Assembly: GCA_964057225.1 (NCBI GenBank)
Contig: OZ059894.1
Location: 2,480,001-2,544,000, forward strand
Direction: 5' to 3'
DNA: 64,000 bases
Source: Auanema rhodensis
Taxonomy: Eukaryota; Animalia; Nematoda
Numbering within the stretch: position 1 is the first letter of the stretch; each line of letters opens with the position of its first letter. The notes under the pieces were generated by a model that was not told the origin of the DNA, made no database searches, and was given only the letters and a program-made list of their open reading frames with translations. Made by a program: the position numbers and the translations under genes. Positions 1-10,700 of the stretch are shown here, piece after piece.

Positions 1-7
1 CAAAAAC

Positions 8-42
8 ATTTTGACAAAAATTTTTTCGAAAAATTTCAAAAT
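8..42. other. A/T-tract dyad centred on TTTTTCGAAAAA (example copy)
   Basis: 12-bp perfect palindrome TTTTTCGAAAAA (22-33) flanked by ATTTTGA (8-14) and TCAAAAT (36-42). Confidence 0.7.
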
Positions 43-317
43 ATTTTAGCAAGAAGTAGATGTTTTTAGATTCCTTTTTTCAAGGCAAAGACGATGGACA
101 ATGTTATTCAACGAAAAAATAATTTCTTCAGGGTGAAAATCGAGGATATAAGGGTGAACTTATATCAGTTGATATCTCGGTGCATTTTTAAGCTAGCGCA
201 AATCTGATAACACAGATCGACGCAGCTTAAAAATTCGCATCAAATGCACTATACTACATTGTGAAACGCTCAATACAAAAATTAGTTATGATCGTTTGAA
301 AAATGATGAATTAGTGT

Positions 318-345
318 ATGTTGAGTTTCCATGTACACTCAACAT
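318..345. other. 9-bp perfect hairpin in monomer (example copy)
   Basis: ATGTTGAGT-[TTCCATGTAC]-ACTCAACAT. Confidence 0.8.
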
Positions 346-846
346 TGCTTCCAAAAACATTTTGACAAAAATTTTTTCGAAAAATTTCAAAATAATTTAG
401 CAAAAAGTAGATGTTTTTAGATTCCTTTTTTCAAGGCGAAGACGATGGACATTGTTATTCAACGAAAAAATTAATTCTTCAGGGTGAAAATCGAGGATAT
501 AAGTGTGAACATATATCAGTTGATATCTCGGTGCATTTTTAAGCTAGCGCAAATCTGATAACACAGACCGACGCAGCTTAAAAATCTGCATCGAATGCAC
601 TATTCTACATTGAGAAACGCTCAATACAAAAATTAGTTATGATCGTTTGAAAAATGATGCATTAGTGTATGTTGAGTTTCCATGTACAATCAACATTGCT
701 TCCAAAAACATTTTGACAAAAATTTTTTCGAAAAATTTCAAAATAATTTAGCAAAAAGTAGATGTTTTTAGATTCCTTTTTTCAAGGCGAAGACGATGGA
801 CATTGTTATTCAACGAAAAAATTAATTCTTCAGGGTGAAAATCGAG

Positions 847-868
847 GATATAAGTGTGAACTTATATC
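847..868. other. 9-bp perfect hairpin in monomer (example copy)
   Basis: GATATAAGT-[GTGA]-ACTTATATC. Confidence 0.8.
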
Positions 869-878
869 AGTTGATATC

Positions 879-945
879 TCGGTGCATTTTTAAGCTAGCG
901 CAAATCTGATAACACAGATCGACGCAGCTTAAAAATCCGCATCGA
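879..945. other. 67-nt imperfect inverted repeat / stem-loop present in every monomer (example copy)
   Basis: TCGGTGC-ATTTTTAAGCT-A-GCG-CAA-ATCTG-[ATAACA]-CAGAT-CGA-CGC-AGCTTAAAAAT-CC-GCATCGA. It contains a perfect 11-bp ATTTTTAAGCT/AGCTTAAAAAT stem, GCG/CGC, ATCTG/CAGAT and a basal TCGGTGC/GCATCGA (one G-T). Confidence 0.85.
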
Positions 946-1755
946 ATGCACTATACTACATTGAGAAACGCTTAATACAAAAATTAGTTATGATCGTTTG
1001 AAAAATGATGCATTAGTGTATGTTGAGTTTCCATGTACACTCAACATTGCTTCCAAAAACATTTTGACAAAAATTTTTTCGAAAAATTTCAAAATAATTT
1101 AGCAAAAAGTAGATGTTTTTAGATTCCTTTTTTCAAGGCAAAGACGATGGACATTGTTATTCAACGAAAAAATCAATTCTTCAGGGTGAAAATCGAGGAT
1201 CTAAGTGTGAACTTATATCAGTTGATATCTCGGTGCATGTTTAAGCTAGCGTAAATCTGATAACACAGACCGACGCAGCTTAAAAATCCGCATCGAATGC
1301 ACTATTCTACATTGAGAAACGCTCAATACAAAAATTAGTTATGATCGTTTGAAAAATGATGCATTAGTGTATGTTGAGTTTCCATGTACACTCAACATTG
1401 CTTCCAAAAACATTTTGACAAAAATTTTTTCGAAAAATTTCAAAATAATTTAGCAAAAAGTAGATGTTTTTAGATTCCTTTTTTCAAGGCAAAGACGATG
1501 GACTTTGTTATTCAACGAAAAAATCAATTCTTCAGGGTGAAAATCGAGGATCTAAGTGTGAACTTATATCAGTTGATATCTCGGTGCATTTTTAAGCTAG
1601 CGCAAATCTGATAACACAGATCGACGCAGCTTAAAAATCCGCATCGAATGCACTATACTACATTGAGAAACGCTCAATACAAAAATTAGTTATGATCGTT
1701 TGAAAAATGATGCATTAGTGTATGTTGAGTTTCCATGTACACTCAACATTGCTTC

Positions 1756-4700
1756 CAAAAACATTTTGACAAAAATTTTTTCGAAAAATTTCAAAATAAT
1801 TTAGCAAAAAGTAGATGTTTTTAGATTCCTTTTTTCAAGGCAAAGACGATGGACTATGTTATTCAACGAAAAAATTAATTCTTCAGGGTGAAAATCGAGG
1901 ATATAAGTGTGAACTTATATCAGTTGATATCTCGGTGCATTTTCAAGCTAGCGCAAATCTGATAACACAGATCGACGCAGCTTAAAAATCCGCATCGAAT
2001 GCACTATACTACATTGAGAAACGCTTAATACAAAAATTAGTTATGATCGTTTGAAAAATGATGAATTAGTGTATGTTGAGTTTCCATGTACACTCAACAT
2101 TGCTTCCAAAAACATTTTGACAAAAATTTTTTCGAAAAATTTCAAAATAATTTAGCAAAAAGTAGATGTTTTCAGATTTTTTTTTCAAGGCAAAGACGAT
2201 GGACAATGTTATTCAACGAAAAAATTAATTCTTCAGGGTGAAAATCGAGGATATAAGTGTGAACTTATATCAGTTGATATCTCGGTGCATTTTTAAGCTA
2301 GCGCAAATCTGATAACACAGACCGACGCAGCTTAAAAATCCGCATCGAATGCACTATTACACATTGAGAAACGCTCAATACAAAAATTAGTTATGATCGT
2401 TTGAAAAATGATGCATTAGTGTATGTTGAGTTTCCATGTACAATCAACATTGCTTCCAAAAACATTTTGACAAAAATTTTTTCGAAAAATTTCAAAATAA
2501 TTTAGCAAAAAGTAGATGTTTTTAGATTCCGTTTTTCAAGGCAAAGACGATGGACGATGTTATTCAACGAAAAAATTAATTCTTCAGGGTGAAAATCGAG
2601 GATATAAGTGTGAACTTATATCAGTTGATATCTCGGTGCATTTTTAAGCTAGCGCAAATCTGATAACACAGATCGACGCAGCTTAAAAATCCGCTTCGAA
2701 TGCACTATACTACATTGAGAAACGCTCAATACAAAAATTAGTTATGATCGTTTGAAAAATGATGAATTAGTGTATGTTGAGTTTCCATGTACACTCAACA
2801 TTGCTTCCAAAAACATTTTGACAAAAATTTTTTCGAAAAATTTCAAAATAATTTAGCAAAAAGTAGATGTTTTTAGATTCCTCTTTTTAAGGCAAAGACG
2901 ATGGACAATGTTATTCAACGAAAAAATTAATTCTTCAGGGTGAAAATCGAGGATATAAGTGTGAACTTATATCAGTTGATATCTCGGTGCATTTTTAAGC
3001 TAGCGCAAATCTGATAACACAGATCGACGCAGCTTAAAAATCCGCATCGAATGCACTATACTACATTGAGAAACGCTCAATACAAAAATTAGTTATGATC
3101 GTTTGAAAAATGATGCATTAGTGTATGTTGAGTTTCCATGTACACTCAACATTGCTTCCAAAAACATTTTGACAAAAATTTTTTCGAAAAATTTCAAAAT
3201 AATTTAGCAAAAAGTAGATGTTTTTAGATTCCTTTTTTTAAGGCAAAGACGATGGACAATGTTATTCAACGAAAAAATTAATTCTTCAGGGTGAAAATCG
3301 AGGATATAAGTGTGAACTTATATCAGTTGATATCTCGGTGCATTTTCAAGCTAGCGCAAATCTGATAACACAGATCGACGCAGCTTAAAAATCCGCATCA
3401 AATGCACTATACTACATTGAGAAACGCTTAATACAAAAATTAGTTATGATCGTTTGAAAAATGATGCATTAGTGTATGTTGAGTTTCCATGTACACTCAA
3501 CATTGCTTCCAAAAACATTTTGACAAAAATTTTTTCGAAAAATTTCAGAATAATTTAGCAAAAAGTAGATGTTTTTAGATTCCTTTTTTCAAGGCAAAGA
3601 CGATGGACATTGTTATTCAACGAAAAAATTAATTCTTCAGGGTGAAAATCGAGGATATAAGTGTGAACATATATCAGTTGATATCTCGGTGCATTTTTAA
3701 GCTAGCGCAAATCTGATAACACAGACCGACGCAGCTTAAAAATCCGCATCGAATGCACTATTCTACATTGAGAAACGCTCAATACAAAAATTAGTTATGA
3801 TCGTTTGAAAAATGATGCATTAGTGTATGTTGAGTTTCCATGTACAATCAACATTGCTTCCAAAAACATTTTGACAAAAATTTTTTCGAAAAATTTCAAA
3901 ATAATTTAGCAAAAAGTAGATGTTTTTAGATTCCGTTTTTCAAGGCAAAGACGATGGACGATGTTATTCAACGAAAAAATTAATTCTTCAGGGTGAAAAT
4001 CGAGGATATAAGTGTGAACTTATATCAGTTGATATCTCGGTGCATTTTTAAGCTAGCGCAAATCTGATAACACAGATCAACGCAGCTTAAAAATCCGCAT
4101 CGAATGCACTATTCTACATTGAGAAACGCTCAATACAAAAATTAGTTATGATCGTTTGAAAAATGATGAATTAGTGTATGTTGAGTTTCCATGTACACTC
4201 AACATTGCTTCCAAAAACATTTTGACAAAAATTTTTTCGAGAAATTTCAGAATAATTTAGCAAAAAGTAGATGTTTTTAGATTCCTTTTTTCAAGGCGAA
4301 GACGATGGACATTGTTATTCAACGAAAAAATTAATTCTTCAGGGTGAAAATCGAGGATATAAGTGTGAACTTATATCAGTTGATATCTCGGTGCATTTTT
4401 AAGCTAGCGCAAATCTGATAACACAGATCGACGCAGCTTAAAAATCCGCATCGAATGCACTATACTACATTGAGAAACGCTTAATACAAAAATTAGTTAT
4501 GATCGTTTGAAAAATGATGCATTAGTGTATGTTGAGTTTCCATGTACACTCAACATTGCTTCCAAAAACATTTTGACAAAAATTTTTTCGAAAAATTTCA
4601 AAATAATTTAGCAAAAAGTAGATGTTTTTAGATTCCTTTTTTTAAGGCAAAGACGATGGACAATGTTATTCAACGAAAAAATTAATTCTTCAGGGTGAAA

Positions 4701-7700
4701 ATCGAGGATATAAGTGTGAACTTATATCAGTTGATATCTCGGTGCATTTTTAAGCTAGCGCAAATCTGATAACACAGATCGATGCAGCTTAAAAATCCGC
4801 ATCGAATGCACTATACTACATTGAGAAACGCTTAATACAAAAATTAGTTATGATCGTTTGAAAAATGATGAATTAGTGTATGTTGAGTTTCCATGTACAC
4901 TCAACATTGCTTCCAAAAACATTTTGACAAAAATTTTTTCGAAAAATTTCAAGATAATTTAGCAAAAAGTAGATGTTTTTAGATTCCGTTTTTCAAGGCA
5001 AAGACGATGGACGATGTTATTCAACGAAAAAATTAATTCTTCAGGGTGAAAATCGAGGATATAAGTGTGAACTTATATCAGTTGATATCTCGGTGCATTT
5101 TTACGCTAGCGCAAATCTGATAACACAGATCGACGCAGCTTAAAAATCCGCTTCGAATGCACTATACTACATTGAGAAACGCTCAATACAAAAATTAGTT
5201 ATGATCGTTTGAAAAATGATGCATTAGTGTATGTTGAGTTTCCATGTACACTCAACATTGCTTCCAAAAACATTTTGACAAAAATTTTTTCGAAAAATTT
5301 CAGAATAATTTAGCAAAAAGTAGATGTTTTTAGATTCCTTTTTTCAAGGCAAAGACGATGGACATTGTTATTCAACGAAAAAATTAATTCTTCAGGGTGA
5401 AAATCGAGGATATAAGTGTGAACATATATCAGTTGATATCTCGGTGCATTTTTAAGCTAGCGCAAATCTGATAACACAGACCGACGCAGCTTAAAAATCC
5501 GCATCGAATGCACTATTCTACATTGAGAAACGCTCAATACAAAAATTAGTTATGATCGTTTGAAAAATGATGCATTAGTGTATGTTGAGTTTCCATGTAC
5601 AATCAACATTGCTTCCAAAAACATTTTGACAAAAATTTTTTCGAAAAATTTCAAAATAATTTAGCAAAAAGTAGATGTTTTTAGATTTCGTTTTTCAAGG
5701 CAAAGACGATGGACGATGTTATTCAACGAAAAAATTAATTCTTCAGGGTGAAAATCGAGGATATAAGTGTGAACTTATATCAGTTGATATCTCGGTGCAT
5801 TTTTAAGCTAGCGCAAATCTGATAACACAGATCGACGCAGCTTAAAAATCCGCATCGAATGCACTATACTACATTGAGAAACGCTCAATACAAAAATTAG
5901 TTATGATGGTTTGAAAAATGATGAATTAGTGTATGTTGAGTTTCCATGTACACTCAACATTGCTTCCAAAAACATTTTGACAAAAATTTTTTCGAGAAAT
6001 TTCAAAATAATTTAGCAAAAAGTAGATGTTTTTAGATTCCTTTTTTCAAGGCGAAGACGATGGACATTGTTATTCAACGAAAAAATTAATTCTTCAGGGT
6101 GAAAATCGAGGATATAAGTGTGAACTTATATCAGTTGATATCTCGGTGCATTTTTAAGCTAGCGCAAATCTGATAACACAGATCGACGCAGCTTAAAAAT
6201 CCGCATCGAATGCACTATACTACATTGAGAAACGCTCAATACAAAAATTAGTTATGATCGTTTGAAAAATGATGAATTAGTGTATGTTGAGTTTCCATGT
6301 ACACTCAACATTGCTTCCAAAAACATTTTGACAAAAATTTTTTCGAGAAATTTCAAAATAATTTAGCAAAAAGTAGATGTTTTTAGATTCCTTTTTTCAA
6401 GGCGAAGACGATGGACATTGTTATTCAACGAAAAAATTAATTCTTCAGGGTGAAAATCGAGGATATAAGTGTGAACTTATATCAGTTGATATCTCGGTGC
6501 ATTTTTAAGCTAGCGCAAATCTGATAACACAGATCGACGCAGCTTAAAAATCCGCATCGAATGCACTATACTACATTGAGAAACGCTTAATACAAAAATT
6601 AGTTATGATCGTTTGAAAAATGATGAATTAGTGTATGTTGAGTTTCCATGTACACTCAACATTGCTTCCAAAAACATTTTGACAAAAATTTTTTCGAGAA
6701 ATTTCAAAATAATTTAGCAAAAAGTAGATGTTTTTAGATTCCTTTTTTCAAGGCGAAGACGATGGACATTGTTATTCAACGAAAAAATTAATTCTTCAGG
6801 GTGAAAATCGAGGATATAAGTGTGAACTTATATCAGTTGATATCTCGGTGCATTTTTAAGCTAGCGCAAATCTGATAACACAGATCGACGCAGCTTAAAA
6901 ATCCGCATCGAATGCACTATACTACATTGAGAAACGCTCAATACAAAAGTTAGTTATGATCGTTTGAAAAATGATGAATTAGTGTATGTTGAGTTTCCAT
7001 GTACACTCAACATTGCTTCCAAAAACATTTTGACAAAAATTTTTTCGAAAAATTTCAAAATAATTTAGCAAAAAGTAGATGTTTTTAGATTCCTTTTTTT
7101 AAGGCAAAGACGATGGACAATGTTATTCAACGAAAAAATTGATTCTTCAGGGTGAAAATCGAGGATATAAGTGTGAACTTATATCAGTTGATATCTCGGT
7201 GCATTTTTAAGCTAGCGCAAATCTGATAACACAGATCGACGCAGCTTAAAAATCCGCTTCGAATGCACTATACTACATTGAGAAACGCTCAATACAAAAA
7301 TTAGTTATGATCGTTTGAAAAATGATGAATTAGTGTATGTTGAGTTTCCATGTACACTCAACATTGCTTCCAAAAACATTTTGACAAAAATTTTTTCGAA
7401 AAATTTCAGAATAATTTAGCAAAAAGTAGATGTTTTTAGATTCCTTTTTTCAAGGCAAAGACGATGGACATTGTTATTCAACGAAAAAATTAATTCTTCA
7501 GGGTGAAAATCGAGGATATAAGTGTGAACTTATATCAGTTGATATCTCGGTGCATTTTTAAGCTAGCGCAAATCTGATAACACAGATCGACGCAGCTTAA
7601 AAATCCGCATCGAATGCACTATACTACATTGAGAAACGCTCAATACAAAAATTAGTTATGATCGTTTGAAAAATGATGCATTAGTGTATGTTGAGTTTCC

Positions 7701-10700
7701 ATGTACACTCAACATAGCTTCCAAAAACATTTTGACAAAAATTTTTTCGAAAAATTTCAAAATAATTTAGCAAAAAGTAGATGTTTTTAGATTCCTTTTT
7801 TCAAGGCAAAGACGATGGACAATGTTATTCAACGAAAAAATTAATTCTTCAGGGTGAAAATCGAGGATATAAGTGTGAACTTATATCAGTTGATATCTCG
7901 GTGCATTTTTAAGCTAGCGCAAATCTGATAACACAGAACGACGCAGCTTAAAAATCCGCATCGAATGCACTATACTACATTGAGAAACGCTTAATACAAA
8001 AATTAGTTATGATCGTTTGAAAAATGATGCATTAGTGTATGTTGAGTTTCCATGTACACTCAACATTGCTTCCAAAAACATTTTGACAAAAATTTTTTCG
8101 AAAAATTTCAAAATAATTTAGCAAAAAGTAGATGTTTTTAGATTCCTTTTTTTAAGGCAAAGACGATGGACAATGTTATTCAACGAAAAAATTAATTCTT
8201 CAGGGTGAAAATCGAGGATATAAGTGTGAACTTATATCAGTTGATATCTCGGTGCATTTTTAAGCTAGCGCAAATCTGATAACACAGATCGACGCAGCTT
8301 AAAAATCCGCATCGAATGCACTATACTACATTGAGAAACGCTCAATACAAAAATTAGTTATGATCGTTTGAAAAATGATGCATTAGTGTATGTTGAGTTT
8401 CCATGTACACTCAACATTGCTTCCAAAAACATTTTGACAAAAATTTTTTCGAAAAATTTCAAAATAATTTAGCAAAAAGTAGATGTTTTTAGATTCCTTT
8501 TTTCAAGGCAAAGACGATGGACTTTGTTATTCAACGAAAAAATCAATTCTTCAGGGTGAAAATCGAGGATCTAAGTGTGAACTTATATCAGTTGATATCT
8601 CGGTGCATTTTTAAGCTAGCGCAAATCTGATAACACAGATCGACGCAGCTTAAAAATCCGCATCGAATGCACTATACTACATTGAGAAACGCTCAATACA
8701 AAAATTAGTTATGATCGTTTGAAAAATGATGCATTAGTGTATGTTGAGTTTCCATGTACACTCAACATTGCTTCCAAAAACATTTTGACAAAAATTTTTT
8801 CGAAAAATTTCAAAATATTTTAGCAAGAAGTAGATGTTTTTAGATTCCTTTTTTCAAGGCAAAGACGATGGACAATGTTATTCAACGAAAATATAATTTC
8901 TTCAGGGTGAAAATCGAGGATATAAGGGTGAACTTATATCAGTTGATATCTCGGTGCATTTTTAAGCTAGCGCAAATCTGATAACACAGATCGACGCAGC
9001 TTAAAAATCCGCATCAAATGCACTATACTACATTGTGAAACGCTCAATACAAAAATTAGTTATGATCGTTTGAAAAATGATGAATTAGTGTATGTTGAGT
9101 TTCCATGTACACTCAACATTGCTTCCAAAAACATTTTGACAAAAATTTTTTCGAAAAATTTCAAAATAATTTAGCAAAAAGTAGATGTTTTTAGATTCCT
9201 TTTTTCAAGGCAAAGACGATGGACTATGTTATTCAACGAAAAAATTAATTCTTCAGGGTGAAAATCGAGGATATAAGTGTGAACTTATATCAGTTGATAT
9301 CTCGGTGCATTTTCAAGCTAGCGCAAATCTGATAACACAGATCGACGCAGCTTAAAAATCCGCATCGAATGCACTATACTACATTGAGAAACGCTTAATA
9401 CAAAAATTAGTTATGATCGTTTGAAAAATGATGAATTAGTGTATGTTGAGTTTCCATGTACACTCAACATTGCTTCCAAAAACATTTTGACAAAAATTTT
9501 TTCGAAAAATTTCAAAATAATTTAGCAAAAAGTAGATGTTTTCAGATTTTTTTTTCAAGGCAAAGACGATGGACAATGTTATTCAACGAAAAAATTAATT
9601 CTTCAGGGTGAAAATCGAGGATATAAGTGTGAACTTATATCAGTTGATATCTCGGTGCATTTTTAAGCTAGCGCAAATCTGATAACACAGACCGACGCAG
9701 CTTAAAAATCCGCATCGAATGCACTATTACACATTGAGAAACGCTCAATACAAAAATTAGTTATGATCGTTTGAAAAATGATGCATTAGTGTATGTTGAG
9801 TTTCCATGTACAATCAACATTGCTTCCAAAAACATTTTGACAAAAATTTTTTCGAAAAATTTCAAAATAATTTAGCAAAAAGTAGATGTTTTTAGATTCC
9901 GTTTTTCAAGGCAAAGACGATGGACGATGTTATTCAACGAAAAAATTAATTCTTCAGGGTGAAAATCGAGGATATAAGTGTGAACTTATATCAGTTGATA
10001 TCTCGGTGCATTTTTAAGCTAGCGCAAATCTGATAACACAGATCGACGCAGCTTAAAAATCCGCTTCGAATGCACTATACTACATTGAGAAACGCTCAAT
10101 ACAAAAATTAGTTATGATCGTTTGAAAAATGATGAATTAGTGTATGTTGAGTTTCCATGTACACTCAACATTGCTTCCAAAAACATTTTGACAAAAATTT
10201 TTTCGAAAAATTTCAAAATAATTTAGCAAAAAGTAGATGTTTTTAGATTCCTCTTTTTAAGGCAAAGACGATGGACAATGTTATTCAACGAAAAAATTAA
10301 TTCTTCAGGGTGAAAATCGAGGATATAAGTGTGAACTTATATCAGTTGATATCTCGGTGCATTTTTAAGCTAGCGCAAATCTGATAACACAGATCGACGC
10401 AGCTTAAAAATCCGCATCGAATGCACTATACTACATTGAGAAACGCTCAATACAAAAATTAGTTATGATCGTTTGAAAAATGATGCATTAGTGTATGTTG
10501 AGTTTCCATGTACACTCAACATTGCTTCCAAAAACATTTTGACAAAAATTTTTTCGAAAAATTTCAAAATAATTTAGCAAAAAGTAGATGTTTTTAGATT
10601 CCTTTTTTTAAGGCAAAGACGATGGACAATGTTATTCAACGAAAAAATTAATTCTTCAGGGTGAAAATCGAGGATATAAGTGTGAACTTATATCAGTTGA

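Larger units (their letters stand above)
703..1053 (+). repeat. Representative 351-bp monomer (near consensus)
   Basis: Third monomer. Hand count of the consensus gives ~54 C and ~57 G (~32% GC), 12 CpG, and many A/T tracts in the first ~125 bp. Confidence 0.97.

Noticed and set aside
24-40. CENP-B-box-like motif (TTCGAAAAA)
   Set aside because: It matches only the TTCGNNNNA half; the essential CGGG is absent.
129-135. CAGGGTG resembling a Tc1/mariner-type terminal motif
   Set aside because: It is only 7 bp, lacks the preceding TA, and has no inverted partner within the array.
60-140. Hammerhead ribozyme / retrozyme (CTGAAGA on the minus strand at 125-131; CTGATAA on the plus strand; ~350-bp tandem unit)
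   Set aside because: I could not build helices I and II or a correctly placed GAAA/NUH around either motif. An Infernal search with Rfam hammerhead models would be the decisive test.
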